A stretch of 64,000 nt of DNA from a bacterium (GCA_965205865.1 CBDBHR010000028.1:1-64000), one strand, 5' to 3'; shown: positions 32,649 through 44,565, counted from the first letter of the stretch. Made by a program: numbers and translations. Notes: a model not told the origin generated them from the letters alone.

Positions 32649-33704
32649 CTAAACCCTGCTCACCGTGCTAACGATCTTTCCCGTATGTGCCGCTTCGACA
32701 ATCGCTTCGGTAACCCTCAAATTCTGCAACCCATCTCGCACACCGACGAAAGGCTGTACCTCACCTCGGATAACAGCACAGAAGTGATCGAGCTGTCGCT
32801 CCAAAGGATCAGCACGTTTCACTTCGATGTTGCTAGTTTTAAAAGGTTTCCACCAAGATCGATCCTCGGTTTTCTCATAGATTTTGAGGCGCATTGTCGG
32901 AATCGCGAGTGAGCCATGGGTTCCAGCGATGAGATAACAGTCTTCGTCAGGATAGGTTGAATAACTCTCGTTCTCTTGCGAAGTCTGCTCCCAACTCCTT
33001 GCTGCGCCAACCGTGTCGGACAGAAGGAATGTGCCGAGCACACCGTTTTCGAAGCGCAGATTGATCGCCACGGTGTCTTCAACAGGGAAGCCCCGAGTGG
33101 CATTGGAGGAGAACGCCTGCACTGCGACGATCTCCCCACACAACATACGCAGGTTGTGTATTTCATGGATCATGTTAATCAGGATTGGGCCTCCCCCTAA
33201 CTGGCGACGCCACGAGGCGGCATTATAGTAATCATCAGGCTTAAAAAACAATGCGCTCCCCATAACTGCCACGAGCTGACCGAGTTTGCCATGGTCTATA
33301 ATTAGTTTAGAGCATGTCATGATCGAACTGTATGCCCGATGATGGCCGATAAGGATTTTAGCCTTGGCCGCATCCGCTATTTCACACAACTGCTCACCCT
33401 CCTCGAGTGTTTGCGTAATCGGCTTTTCGAGCAGCATCGGCACTCCGGCATCGATGCATTTTAGGGCATGTTCGAGGTGTATCTGATTCGGTGTGGCGAG
33501 AATCATACCATCCGGACAATCCTTCTCGAATAGTTCGTCAAGCGTCTCGAAGAGGGCTACTCCGGTTTTCGATGCGGTTTGCCTAACACTCGGAGAAGGG
33601 TCGATAATGGCGGCCAGTTTACATGCCGAACTGGCTTGAATGCACTCGATATGGCGTCGTCCGATCAACCCTGCGCCAGCGACAGCAATCCTGATTTTGT
33701 TCAT
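32649..33704 (-). CDS. Gfo/Idh/MocA-family oxidoreductase
   Basis: IAVAGAGLIG, LLEKPI, GGGPILINMIHEI. Confidence 0.92.
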   Translation of the reverse strand: MNKIRIAVAGAGLIGRRHIECIQASSACKLAAIIDPSPSVRQTASKTGVALFETLDELFEKDCPDGMILATPNQIHLEHALKCIDAGVPMLLEKPITQTLEEGEQLCEIADAAKAKILIGHHRAYSSIMTCSKLIIDHGKLGQLVAVMGSALFFKPDDYYNAASWRRQLGGGPILINMIHEIHNLRMLCGEIVAVQAFSSNATRGFPVEDTVAINLRFENGVLGTFLLSDTVGAARSWEQTSQENESYSTYPDEDCYLIAGTHGSLAIPTMRLKIYEKTEDRSWWKPFKTSNIEVKRADPLERQLDHFCAVIRGEVQPFVGVRDGLQNLRVTEAIVEAAHTGKIVSTVSRV

Positions 33705-33947
33705 GTGGGAATTTCCTTGCGAACAAATTAGTATTTAGAAAAAGTGCAAGATACCACTATACTGAGGGACTTTAAAGTCTTTATATTTTGTTTATTTTTA
33801 TAATTATTTACAATTGAATTTTAAATTTGTTAAATTGGGCGCCAACGGGCGATCTTCGTATTCCAACACGGCCACCGAAAGGTTGTTTGGTTCCGTGTCC
33901 TCCGGTAAGCAACTTTTCAGGGCATAGGGTCTCCTTATAACTGATGT

Positions 33948-34102
33948 TATACTGTGAACGGATTATTTCTGGATTCATTTTTTGTCATCCTGAGGGAACC
34001 GAAGAATCTTCTTGATTCCCATGAGATTCTTGCTTAGGCAGCCCCCTTAGCTCGGAATGACAGTTCTTTTGAAAAGTGAAATTTAAACCCGTTTAGAGTA
34101 TA
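33948..34102. repeat. MITE-like element: TATACT...AGTATA ends around an inverted TGTCAT-type palindrome pair
   Basis: TATACTGTGAACGGATT versus AACCCGTTTAGAGTATA; inside, TGTCATCCTGAG..GAATCT and AGATTC..CTCGGAATGACA. Confidence 0.65.
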
Positions 34103-34211
34103 TGTGAATAGATTTTGCAAGAAGTTAATATTTCCTCCAATGGATTATCCAGGGACAAAGGCCGACATGGAACGGGCAATTGAGGTTTGACCCCTTTTCA
34201 TTTTCAAATGT

Positions 34212-34651
34212 TTCGAAGCCTTCAAAGAAGATGTCAGCAAGCCAGTGATTGTGGTAACGATGTATGCTGATACCTTCCGGCGCCAGTTTCTTGATACGGC
34301 AGGCAAACCGGTTCATCATGCCGGAAAATTGATCTTGAAAGTACCCAAAACGACCTTTGAGCGCTTGCAATTGGACCAACTATTTGCCACCTGCCAGCAT
34401 GCATTGGCGCCAATCTGATCAACGGGTTTCGCTTCAACTAAAAAACAAAAACATTAAAGTTTAAGGGGATGAGTGCGTCCATGACATGAGAAATGAAGAC
34501 TTTCCACATCTGAAAACAGCATTTTGATGCTCATTCTCACTCCAACTTCCATGGATTTGATGATCAAAATCTGATTTCAGAACGATTGCATTTCTCAAGC
34601 AAAAAAATCATCTTGAAAATCTGATCCTTTTTCAGAATCGCTCAATTTAGG
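34212..34651 (+). mobile_element. second right-end fragment of the IS1380-family element at 26123-27019
   Basis: About 440 nt nearly identical to 26580-27019, ending GCTCAATTTAGG. Confidence 0.85.
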
Positions 34652-34686
34652 TTGTAATAAGGTCTATCTTAGTCCCGGGGGGAGGC

Positions 34687-35740
34687 CTATCGTTTCCTTG
34701 GACTGATCGAGTGATTCCTCATTTTCTTCGCCATCGATGGGGATGTAGCGCACTCCCCCGCATGATTTACGATGGAGTGGTCAGTTTCAACGCGAAACTT
34801 TTTTCCATGGTGGGTGACGATCTGATTCATGATTTGGCCATACGTTTTTCCGGAGGTTCGCTCCCACGGGGGAATAGGCCCCCGAGGATCTTCAAAATTC
34901 CAGACTTCATCGATTTTGAGCAGTTGACGGAACCGCTCCCCATTGCGAGCCAGATTTTCTTCCGAAATCCGGCTGGGGGGTAATGCTCTTGCGTGCGGCA
35001 GTAGAAGGCACTGTAATAAGCGGTGACCCACAATCGAAAACCTGGATTGATCCGAGGAAAGGCTCCGTGCAAGAGGGTGCCTATGAAAACAATGACCGAA
35101 CCCGCGGGTGCTTCGACAGCGATGGCCTGATCCACCTCCTCACCCGGCTTGGGGTGGCGGCGGAGTTTATGGGATCCCGGGACGATCGCCAGGGCGCCAT
35201 TGTCTTTGGTATAATCGATCAGACACCAGTTTGTATTGAACACCATTGGGGGATCGGGAAGCGGTTCAAAAGGATAGAGGTGGGTATCGGCATGTAAGCC
35301 CATTGTGTGCCCATAGCCCACCGGGTCCTGCCATTTGACAATCCCGTTGAACGCGGAAAGCAGGCAACCGGAACCCAGGTAGTAATCTATCAAGGGCAGA
35401 GTCAGAGGATGCTGGATGATTTCCTCAATAATCGGATCCTTTTCCATAAACCCGAAGTACCAATTTTGGGTTTGGTTGGTGCCATGTTGTCGGTGAAACC
35501 ATGTTCCCCGGTCTCTTCATCGGGCCGCACCCCAGTGATTTCTTCCCCAACCCGTAAGAGCGCTTCTTTGGTTTGCTCTAACAGGCGAGTGTCGCCCATT
35601 TGCTCAGGGGTGATCACGGTGAATCCCTGCTCTTCAATCTCATCCAGATTTTTAGTAAGGCCACGCTCTTCGATCTGCTGAGAGGCCATTTTCTTCCAAT
35701 TCTCCCAAGTGCGCCATTCTGACCATTTTTTGGTAATCAT
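34687..35740 (-). pseudogene. PhyH-family dioxygenase split over three frames
   Basis: EEQGFTVI; GLHADT..NGALAIVPGSHK..LLHGAFPR; C-terminal part in a third frame. Confidence 0.8.
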
Positions 35741-35874
35741 ATAACTCCTTACTTATTTCTCTATTTAAGTACTTATGCAAAAGAAAAATTCACATTTTTA
35801 CCACTCATAATCGTTCCACTCCATAATCACGCAAGGCTATCCATAATGAAAGACATTTTTCGGACAAGCGCTAA

Positions 35875-36750
35875 TTATTCCTTGATAGCGCCTGCCGTGA
35901 GCCCCTGGACAAACTTCCGCTGGAAAATTACATACACCACGATAATTGGCGGCATGACGATGATCGCGCCGGCCATTTCCAGCGAGTAAGCTCTACTGTA
36001 GGCGTCTCGGAAGAACATCATGCCCACCATGATGGGCCTTAGGCTGCCTCTCTGCATGTAAACCAGGGGCAGCAGAAATGCGTTCCATGCTGCCATAAAG
36101 TTAAAAACCACCATGGCGGAAATGGCCGGCCCAGACAGCGGCAACATGACCCGCCAAAAGACACCAAATTCGTTACACCCATCGATCTTCGCTGCATCGG
36201 CCAATTCGTAAGGTAGCCCGGTGAAAAACGCACGCATAAAGAATATGCTAAACGGCAACCACAGTGCGATCTGAGGCAGAATCATCGCCCAATAGGTACC
36301 TAGCAAGTGGATGTCTTTCAAGAAGTGGAAGAGCGGGATCATGATCGATGTAAACGGTACCATCAGCCCTATCAGGATGAAGTAAAAGACAAAATTGGCG
36401 CCCGGCAGTTTGAGACGGGCCAAGGCGCAGCCGGCCAGGCTGGCAAGACACACCGTACCCAGGACAATTGGAACGGACACGATTACACTGATGAGAAAGT
36501 ATCTGCCGAATCGACCTTGTTCCCACACCTTCGAGACATTCTCCCAATGCAGAGTGGTTGGTGGTGCTAGAGGGTTCCTTGAGATTTCTCTTTCCGTCTT
36601 GAAAGCGGTGGAAACCACAAAGTAAAATGGTGCTAAGCTGATCAGCGCATAGAGGAGTAGAACCCGGTACTTAAAACCTCTACTCAGCCAATAACGCCTT
36701 GATCGCCTCGGCGTCAACTGCCTCACCGTATCGGTAGTTGCGATCTCCAT
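35875..36750 (-). CDS. carbohydrate ABC transporter permease (MalG-like)
   Basis: LPYELADAAKIDG EAA loop; QRKFVQGLTAGAIK. Confidence 0.92.
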   Translation of the reverse strand: MEIATTDTVRQLTPRRSRRYWLSRGFKYRVLLLYALISLAPFYFVVSTAFKTEREISRNPLAPPTTLHWENVSKVWEQGRFGRYFLISVIVSVPIVLGTVCLASLAGCALARLKLPGANFVFYFILIGLMVPFTSIMIPLFHFLKDIHLLGTYWAMILPQIALWLPFSIFFMRAFFTGLPYELADAAKIDGCNEFGVFWRVMLPLSGPAISAMVVFNFMAAWNAFLLPLVYMQRGSLRPIMVGMMFFRDAYSRAYSLEMAGAIIVMPPIIVVYVIFQRKFVQGLTAGAIKE

Positions 36751-36754
36751 CTCG

Positions 36755-37637
36755 CTACTCCCCCCTCTCTCGTACGCGGATAAATATGTAAGATGTAACC
36801 AGCGCCAGGCTGGTCAAAACCATCGACACCGCTGCACTATAGCCAATGTCACTCTCCCTGAAAGCTATCTTGTAGATATAGGTGGCGATCACCTGTGATG
36901 CCGTGCCGGGGCCGCCACTGTTCATGATCCAAATGAGGTCGAAAACCTGGAAGCCACCGATGAGCGTGAAAGTGATCAGCATAGTCAGCACGTGCCGCAG
37001 CTCAGCAATGATGATGTAGATGAACCTTTGCCAGGCATTGGCCCCGTCAATCAAAGCGGCCTCGATCAGCTCTGGGTTAATATTCTGCAAACCGGCCAAG
37101 ATGATGACAAAACAGAAGCCAACATGGGTGCAGACAGCAGCCACGATTATGGACGGCAGAGCCCAAGTCGGATCCGCCAACCAGGCTCTCGCCAGAAAGT
37201 CAAGACCGATGCCCTTCAGCACCTTGTTGACAACCCCGTACAGTGGGTTATACATCCAGCTCCAAATGATCCCGACCACGACCTGGGATAGAACTACCGG
37301 CAAGAAATAGATGGTCCGAAAGACCACCCTGCCCCGCACCCCACTCCATACGAGAACCGCCAGCACGAGTCCGATTAAAATAGGCGTTATCGAGCCCAGG
37401 ATGATCCAAATCAGGTTGTGGTACTGTGCCTCCCATAGCAGCGGGTCGACTATTAGGGCGCGATAGTTCGCCAACCCGACAAACTCTTTTACGGGCTTTG
37501 CCCCATTCCAACTGGTGAGGCTGTAGTAGAACGAGGTGCACAAGGGATACGATGAAGAAAACGTATACGATAAGCGCTGGTATGATAAAAGCGTAGCCTG
37601 TAGCGACGACTCGCACCGACCTGCTAAGGGTAACCAT
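36755..37637 (-). pseudogene. carbohydrate ABC transporter permease (MalF-like) with a frameshift near 37545
   Basis: GYAFIIPALIVYVFFIV is in a different frame from FVGLANY..ELIEAALIDGA. Confidence 0.8.
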
Positions 37638-37754
37638 GCGTGCTCCGCCCATCACCCCACCGGCTTGAACAACCTCTTTCCTCGAGATTTCCTGACTCAT
37701 TGAACTATCACTTGATGTGAACCTGAATTCGACAAATAGTTTTGGCCTGTCATT

Positions 37755-37863
37755 CAAAGGCGATTTCGTTGAGAACTATCAAAAAAGAAAAAGAAAGACT
37801 AACAGAAATTCTAAAAAATCTTCAGCCAAAGGCGATTTCGTTGAGAACTATCAAAAAAGAAAA
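37755..37863 (+). repeat. 37-bp direct repeat x2 with a 72-bp period
   Basis: CAAAGGCGATTTCGTTGAGAACTATCAAAAAAGAAAA at 37755 and 37827. Confidence 0.85.
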
Positions 37864-38005
37864 CGACAGACAGATCTTCGATGCGGAGTGTCGCTTCCGC
37901 GGACGTGGTCCGGCATCCAGGGCGCATCAGCGTACTGGCCCAGGGAAATTTACGAGAGAATTTTTTTGATATTTTGGCAGGTTTCTTGAGGGGAGGGGCG
38001 AGTTA

Positions 38006-38359
38006 TTATAGAGATCTTGGTTCAAATAAAAGTTTGATTCCATCCAGAATCTCTTGAAATTTCTTTTCGGAAACTTTTCCAATTTTTTCTCCTAAATCTG
38101 ATTTGTTGATCGTATAGATTCGTAAAATATTGACGACACTTTTCTTTTGTAAATTGGCCTCGCCTTTGGGCAAGAGCACATTCCCAGGTGCGCTCGCTCG
38201 TTTCAAATTCGAAGTGAGAGAACAGACGACAACCGTATTTAATTTACTGACATTGAAAAGATTATTTTGAACTACAATATACGGATGCCGATGGGCTGGT
38301 TCTGACCCTCTTGGCTCTGCCAAATCTATCCAATAGATTTCTCCTTGCTTGATTACCAT
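38006..38359 (-). CDS. mazF: PemK/MazF-family toxin
   Basis: QGEIYWIDL..GSEPAHRHPYIVVQNN..LTSN. Confidence 0.9.
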   Translation of the reverse strand: MVIKQGEIYWIDLAEPRGSEPAHRHPYIVVQNNLFNVSKLNTVVVCSLTSNLKRASAPGNVLLPKGEANLQKKSVVNILRIYTINKSDLGEKIGKVSEKKFQEILDGIKLLFEPRSL

Positions 38360-38610
38360 TTTATTTCCTTCATACTCGATTTTTGTTTTAGAATCATTTG
38401 CTTGTGTTTGATATTTTCTTCTTCATCCGGAAAATCACTATAGGCCGTATTGAGTTGTTCTAAGAGCATTTGATTTTCTTTACTCTTCATATAATCTTCG
38501 ATCGCTAAGGCAAAAAGTCGGCTCCTTGAAACATGGAGTTCTTCAGCGAAATGATTCACCTTTTCATAAAGGTTTTGATCCAGCGAAATAGCCGTTTTTA
38601 CTGTTGGCAT
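38353..38610 (-). CDS. ribbon-helix-helix antitoxin (MazF partner)
   Basis: VKTAISL..VSRSRLF; overlaps mazF. Confidence 0.85.
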   Translation of the reverse strand: MPTVKTAISLDQNLYEKVNHFAEELHVSRSRLFALAIEDYMKSKENQMLLEQLNTAYSDFPDEEENIKHKQMILKQKSSMKEIKW

Positions 38611-38799
38611 TGGAATCTCCTTGAAATAAGTATTGATAATATTATTACTGAAAATTATACTAAATAATCATACTTATGCAATACTTTTGTGAGTTTTCTG
38701 GAGGAATGCAAGACCGTGAAACAGGAGCTGAGGGTCGTTGATGACGAACACTGAGGTCGGGACTCCATTTCCCTTCAATTTGGAGGGGGCAAAGCTCTA

Positions 38800-38921
38800 G
38801 GCTTTCTAATCGTATAGCTAACCCATTGATTGTCTCTAAAGCTATCCCTGAAAAAGCCGCTCAAGATTCCCTTCATATTGCAATTGCCTGTCTACATGGT
38901 ATTGATTATTTATTAACTTGA
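38800..38921 (+). pseudogene. PIN-domain toxin fragment
   Basis: Hand translation AIPEKAAQDSLHIAIACLHGIDYLLT*. Confidence 0.6.
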
Positions 38922-38990
38922 TTTAAATCATCGGATTTAATAAAGATGATAGCGCTAATATTTTTAAAAGCAGCCTTTTGATTCTCCTAA

Positions 38991-40181
38991 ATGGACAGTG
39001 AGGTTAATATGAGTATAGATCATCCATCTTTAGAAAAGAGCGTCCTTGTGGATTATGGGACAGAAGAATCAGCCATGGTTCGTTATCGGGAGGAGGGCAC
39101 CCGACGCGCTTTGGTACTCGACAACCGAAGTGCGATCCGTTTTGATGAAGAAGGCCGTCTTGATCCGGTCATCCTTCAATCCTATTCACGCAACGGGTTC
39201 TACATTTTCGAAGGGATTCTCAAAGAAGAGGAACTCCAGGACATCGAACAAGATCTGGCCGATCTGCTGGACCATGCACCGGTGACTAAAGGTGCGCAAG
39301 TCGATCATCAGGGACGCCCGGCCTTCAATGCAGCTTGCCAATTGCAAGACATTAGTTGGGTCAAGCCCCTTTCAGATGAGGCTGGGGGAACCACCAAAAA
39401 TCATAGTCGTCACCAGGTCAAGATGTTTGAACCAGTGGCATCGGAAGATGCCCCGGAGTTTGTAATACAATACATCAATGGTTCCTTGCAGTTTTCTGAG
39501 ACCTGCCTGCACGTTTATGGACATCCCCAACTCCTTGCCATTGCTGAAGCGATCAACGGCGAGGATTTCACTCCATTCAATGAGGGTTTGTGGATCAAGT
39601 ATCCCAGACTGGGTGGTTCCGTCGCCTGGCACCAGGATGGCGTCACCCATTGGGACAACCACGATCTCGATGAAAACACCCACGGCTTCAATTTCATGGC
39701 ACAACTCTATGGGTGCAATGCCGCAAATGGTGTATGGGTGGTGCCGGGATCTCATCGGCAAGGCAAGGCAGACATCAAAGCCAGGGCTGAGGAAGCGGGG
39801 TCGGACCGGTTGCCCGATGCCATGCCGCTGATCTGCAATCCAGGGGATGTCGTCATCTGCAACCGTCAGATCCTTCATGGTTCCTTCGCGAACACCAGCT
39901 CCGACCTTCGCGTTACCATCAACTTCGGCTTCCACCGGCGTCAGTCGGTGTTGGATGTGCCCAGTAAAGTGCAGGCCAATCCTGATGCCGTCTACGATGC
40001 GGCGTATATCCGTGAACGTTCGCGGTTGATCATGTACGCTATCGACGCCCGGCGAAAACAGTATCCGGAGGAAGCCCCTTTTGTGTACAAACCGTTTGCA
40101 GGACAAGAGAAAGCCTACCGCTGGACCCCCAAAGCAAAAGCGGGTCTCACAGACTACCATCTGCAGGATATCCGGATCTAG
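38991..40181 (+). CDS. PhyH-family 2OG-Fe(II) dioxygenase
   Basis: VAWHQDG, WVVPGSH, LHGSFANTSSDLR. Confidence 0.9.
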   Translation: MDSEVNMSIDHPSLEKSVLVDYGTEESAMVRYREEGTRRALVLDNRSAIRFDEEGRLDPVILQSYSRNGFYIFEGILKEEELQDIEQDLADLLDHAPVTKGAQVDHQGRPAFNAACQLQDISWVKPLSDEAGGTTKNHSRHQVKMFEPVASEDAPEFVIQYINGSLQFSETCLHVYGHPQLLAIAEAINGEDFTPFNEGLWIKYPRLGGSVAWHQDGVTHWDNHDLDENTHGFNFMAQLYGCNAANGVWVVPGSHRQGKADIKARAEEAGSDRLPDAMPLICNPGDVVICNRQILHGSFANTSSDLRVTINFGFHRRQSVLDVPSKVQANPDAVYDAAYIRERSRLIMYAIDARRKQYPEEAPFVYKPFAGQEKAYRWTPKAKAGLTDYHLQDIRI

Positions 40182-40246
40182 CCAGAGGTCCGTTTTGAAT
40201 TTCACACTGGCTGTTCTGCCAAATTCAAAACGTTTTTAAGTATCAT

Positions 40247-41105
40247 TTACGATAAATTTCTCCTCGCATACGCACAGGCTCCAACAAAGACCAATCCTCT
40301 TGGGGCAACCTCATGCCCAAGAGGAAAGGGCGGCCTCGGTTCGATTTCGAGAGATTGCAGCACCCGATCGTCCTGGTAATAACATTGCGCGACCGCAGTG
40401 AGTATGAAGGAGAAGAATGGTGAATCGCGGCCTACGGTTTCTACAATTTGCATTTGAGCTTCAACACCTGCCTCAATGAATGCTTCCTTGAACTGTGCCT
40501 GTGTCGTTTGTTCAATAGCATTCAATTGTGCTGATACAAATTCGGCTTTCTATTCGCAGAGGGTGAGGATGCCTGAAAAGATTTGCGGGTCATTTGTACC
40601 AGGGACCTCATACTCGGGACTGGGGGGAATGATCAGCACAGCAAGGGCACTCAATGTCGCTTGTTGGTTGGCATCAAAAGGGTTGTTTGTCTTAGGGTCC
40701 TGATCGGTATTACCTTTCTTTTCCTCCTCAGGTGATATCCGTGTTTGCTTTGGCACCTTGCGCACACCCACTTGTTCAGGCACCCAAATTGATACACTTG
40801 TCTCGGCCATCATAAACCACGGTGGTGAAAGCGCTATCTGAAGGCCACCAATGCCAGCCCAGCTTGTTGAAGCCTTGCGCGAGTGCGGTGCCCGACTTGC
40901 CTAAGGGGAGAGGTGGCATCACTTCCGGATTGGGAGGGTAGGCAGGATCGCCAGCAAGCCCCGCGACGCCCATCATCCAATTATTTTGATCATAATAAGG
41001 AGCAAGAGTCTCATAGGTAATGGGCTAATCCTCACCCACCCCATCCAGGGTTTTAGTGCGAAAATCGGAAGGGTGAAATCGAGGGAAATGGCCTGCAAAT
41101 AAGAC
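40247..41105 (-). pseudogene. remnants of a GMC oxidoreductase and its small partner subunit
   Basis: HFPRFHPSDF..D*PITYETLAPYY..LGWHWWP..CINLG with stops; then LIIPPS..AQCYYQDDRV..PFPLGH. Confidence 0.7.
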
Positions 41106-41106
41106 A

Positions 41107-41361
41107 GTGCCTCCGCCCACGCTGTTAAAATTTGTAACAGATATGGGGGAGTTTTCTTCGTTGATGATGACTTTATTACTCGATCTTGAAAATCTCCAGC
41201 ATTTCAGGAAGAGTGATCAACTGGCTGCTTATGTGGGTTTAACCCCTTCCCAGTTTTCCAGTTCCGATCAGGTCCATATGGGCATTACTCGCTCCGGCAA
41301 AGCGGATCTGCGAGGAATGCTCGTCGAAACCGCTTGGATCTTGGTGCGTAAAGATCCTTGA
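41107..41361 (+). pseudogene. IS110-family transposase C-terminal fragment
   Basis: LAAYVGLTPSQFSS..ITRSGKADLRGMLVETAW. Confidence 0.75.
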
Positions 41362-41366
41362 TGGAT

Positions 41367-41591
41367 CTACCCTCGCTGGCCAGGATTTGGTGGCCAAGCC
41401 ATGTCTCCGGCATTTCTTCCTCCGTCTACTTGTTTGACAACGTGCTCTGTTTTCTTTTCGTTACGGGCTGCTATGACAATCTCTGAACCATGTTCGGTAA
41501 GTCCCATTGCTATGGCTCGTCCTATCCCACTGTTTCCACCGGTAACGATTGAAACCTTACCTGTGAGATCGAATAAGTTGCTCATTTTCAC
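41367..41591 (-). pseudogene. SDR oxidoreductase 5' fragment
   Basis: LFDLTGKVSIVTGGNSGIG; truncated. Confidence 0.8.
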
Positions 41592-41636
41592 TCCTGATCT
41601 AGAAGTTTTGCGCTCCGACTGGGGAGAGGGCTCCTC

Positions 41637-42596
41637 CTAAGAGAACGGGTTGATCAACCCGTTCAAGAGGCCTCGTTTGCGTTTCACTTTCGCGGTACCA
41701 TAACTGCCCTCACCACCCCGCATCCTGGGGTCGAGCAGGTCTCTCACCGCGTCGCCGAACATGTTGAGGGAGTAAACGACAATCGTCAGGAAAAGCCCCG
41801 GCCAGAGAGCTGGCCATGTCGCCATCTCCATGTACACACGCCCTTCCCGGCTGAGCATCCCTCCCCAGCTAGGAATCTGGACCGGCAGTCCGAATCCCAG
41901 GAAGCTCAGCGAGGCTTCGGAGTTGATGACCCCGCCAATGTTGATCGAGAAGACAATGATGACGGGTGCCATAATATTAGGCAGCGCATGTCGTAAGAGG
42001 ATTTGGCTCGTGGGGGTGCCCACGGCCATGGCGGCCAGAAAATAGTCATTCTCTTTGACACCGATCACGGCGCTTCTGATGACACTCGAGCCGCCGATGC
42101 CTCCTGATATCCCCAGAACCAGTATTATCTGTAACAATCCCTTTCCGGCTATGGACATGATGGTTAACAACAGGAGCAGTCCCGGGAGACACATCCAGGC
42201 ATCGACAAAGCGCTGCACCACCAGGTCCAATTTGCCACCAATGTACCCTGAAATGCCACCGATCAGCACCGCCACCACATCATTAACAGCGGTCGCTGAC
42301 AGACCGACAACCATGGAAAGACGAGCCCCGTAGATCAGGCGGCTCAGGAAGTCTCGCTCCAGCTGGTCGGTACCCAGCAGGTACCGGGCTGATGGGCCCT
42401 GCATCCTGTCTACCGGGTGTAATTGCCAAAAAGGATAAAGAGCCAGCACATCGGCGAAGATCGCGACGAGAATCAAGAGCAAGACGATCATCCCGCAGAA
42501 CGTCCCCAGCTGCTTCTCCTTGAGAAGCCTGCTGAAGAAATCCACAAACCGACCCCGTCGCTTGGGCTCATGGATGGGGGAGGATTTCTCACTCAT
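41637..42596 (-). CDS. peptide/nickel ABC transporter permease (DppC-like)
   Basis: LLGTDQ..SRLIYGARLS, RHALPN, EASLSFLGFG..PSWG. Confidence 0.9.
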   Translation of the reverse strand: MSEKSSPIHEPKRRGRFVDFFSRLLKEKQLGTFCGMIVLLLILVAIFADVLALYPFWQLHPVDRMQGPSARYLLGTDQLERDFLSRLIYGARLSMVVGLSATAVNDVVAVLIGGISGYIGGKLDLVVQRFVDAWMCLPGLLLLLTIMSIAGKGLLQIILVLGISGGIGGSSVIRSAVIGVKENDYFLAAMAVGTPTSQILLRHALPNIMAPVIIVFSINIGGVINSEASLSFLGFGLPVQIPSWGGMLSREGRVYMEMATWPALWPGLFLTIVVYSLNMFGDAVRDLLDPRMRGGEGSYGTAKVKRKRGLLNGLINPFS

Positions 42597-43258
42597 ACCG
42601 CACCCTGGGGTCCAAATAGGGATAAATCAGGTCGATCATTAGATTTATTGCTAAAACCGCGGTGGCGAAAATCAGGTTTACCCCGGAGACCACCGGGTAG
42701 TCTCTTTCCTCGAGTGCATTCACCATAAGACGACCTAGCCCCGGCAGGTTGAATATGTTCTCCATGATAATGGCGCCGCCTACCAGCAAAGGTAACTGCA
42801 TGCCAATCAGGGTGATAACCGGGATGAGGGCATTTTTGATAGTGTGTCGGATAATCACGACCCGACCCCGGATCCCCTTGGAACAGGCGGTGCGGATATA
42901 ATCCTGCCGGAGCCTCCAGCATCATGGTGCGCGTCATCCGCATGGTGGCGGCAGACAGGGCCGTCCCCGGAATCACGCTGGGAATGATGAACACCCCGAG
43001 ATTCCTCAGCGGGTCTTCCATGAAAGAAACCAGCTTCATTGGTGGCGACCAGCCCCACCAGATTGCCGGGAAGATCATGACCATGAGTGCCGGCCAGAAG
43101 TTGGGTGTTGCCAGGCCGATGATGGCATGGCGCGCCCAGTCGGCGGCCGTATCCTGGCGAATCGCCGAGTAGATGCCGACTGGCAGCGCTATCAGCAGCC
43201 CGATTACGATTGCCATGAAACCGAGTTCAATGGTCACCGGCAATCTACCTATGACATG
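42589..43258 (-). pseudogene. peptide ABC permease (DppB-like), 5'-truncated and frameshifted
   Basis: RLPVTIELG..RMTRTMMLE, then HTIKNALIP..ENIFNLPGLG..YLDPRVRY in another frame. Confidence 0.85.
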
Positions 43259-43366
43259 ACTTTCGGATATTAGGAAAATAATTTGCGTTTTTAATTAATA
43301 GGTGTAGAATACCATGAGATTACAAACTAACTCGTGCTGTTATGGAATCTTCTCTTAGAGAAACCT

Positions 43367-43481
43367 TGTCATTCCTGCGAAAGCAGGAATCCGGAGGTAT
43401 GCAGCCAGACTGAAATCCGGATCCCCGCTCCCCGCTTTCGCGGGGACAAGTTTCACGGGGACAAGTTTCGCGAGGATGACA
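43367..43481. repeat. TGTCATTCC-type palindromic repeat pair
   Basis: TGTCATTCCTGCGAAAGCAGGAATCC ... GGATCCCCGC..CGCGAGGATGACA, with an internal duplication of CGGGGACAAGTTTC. Confidence 0.75.
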
Positions 43482-43675
43482 TATACGCTAGGATACTCAT
43501 ATTATTGAAGATTTATCTCGAACTCAGGTTAAACTACAGACTTGAACATGCTGGTCAACCGGACGCGGACTCGCAAACGTCGAGTCTGGAGTTCCGCACA
43601 AAATGCGGGACCACCCACGCCACCACCGTCGAGATGCGGCTTGTGATAGCGCCATGAAATAATTCCGGGCATCGA

Positions 43676-44146
43676 TCATGCGGAAGGAATCTTTTTGAGG
43701 AGGTTGACCATTTCAATGGCGCTGAGCGTCGCCTCTGCGCCTTTATTGCCCGATTTGGACCCGGCGCGTTCGATCGCCTGTTCGGTGGAATCGGTGGTAA
43801 GAACGCCAAATGCGATGGGAAGTTGGTTCTGTAAGGCCAGGGAGGCGATACCCCTTGCCGATTCGGAGCAAATATAGTCGAAATGAGGAGTGGCTCCGCG
43901 GATCACCGCCCCTAAACATACAATCGCGTCGTACTGCTTTGCGCGGGCCAGTTTCTGGGCAGCCAATGGAATTTCAAAGGCGCCCGGCACCCTGACCACG
44001 GTAATATGCGCCTCATCGCCCCCATGGCGGTAAAAACAATCCAATGCGCCTCGCAGTAGGTTTTCGGTTATCACTCCGTTGAAACGGGAAACCACGAAGG
44101 CCAACTTCAAATCGTTGGCCATCAATGCGCCATCAATGCTTTTCAT
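43676..44146 (-). CDS. ribH: 6,7-dimethyl-8-ribityllumazine synthase
   Basis: [33 protein letters not shown]. Confidence 0.96.
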   Translation of the reverse strand: MKSIDGALMANDLKLAFVVSRFNGVITENLLRGALDCFYRHGGDEAHITVVRVPGAFEIPLAAQKLARAKQYDAIVCLGAVIRGATPHFDYICSESARGIASLALQNQLPIAFGVLTTDSTEQAIERAGSKSGNKGAEATLSAIEMVNLLKKIPSA

Positions 44147-44220
44147 TTAAATTTCTCCCGGAAAAATACGGATCTTTCACCAGTGCGCAGATCGACCGCT
44201 GAATACGGAATGGAGAATTA

Positions 44221-44565
44221 TCAGAAATTTACGCTTTCCCGTTTCTCTGAAAGACAGATCGAACAGGCGCAGATGGCTCTTAAAAACTTAAACGAGTACA
44301 ACCCTGTATTGTGCCCGTCACTCCAATTGATTCGTAAGGCATAATTGCCAATGTACTCGGATTGGCGGATACGAATGTCGGAGGGAATCTCCGTCGTCTT
44401 CAATGTCTTTTCTCCAGTCATTTCATCAATGCAGCTGGCACAGGGGCACCTGTCACGCAGCATGAAAAAGGGATAACGACTTTCGTGCCCATCTTTCCAA
44501 AGTATATATAAGTCGTCGCGCGCCAGAATGGTTTCCGGCTTTCGACGCTTCAAAGGGTTCGACAT
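44221..44565 (-). CDS. DUF971 / GBBH-like N-terminal domain protein
   Basis: WKDGH..LRDRCPCASC..GNYALRINWSDGHNTGLYS. Confidence 0.88.
   Translation of the reverse strand: MSNPLKRRKPETILARDDLYILWKDGHESRYPFFMLRDRCPCASCIDEMTGEKTLKTTEIPSDIRIRQSEYIGNYALRINWSDGHNTGLYSFKFLRAICACSICLSEKRESVNF

Noticed and set aside
37755-37863. Mini-CRISPR (37-bp repeat, 35-bp spacer)
   Set aside because: Only two copies, no dyad or typical terminal motif, and the 72-bp period keeps a reading frame (KAISLRTIKKE twice); more likely a duplication in a gene remnant
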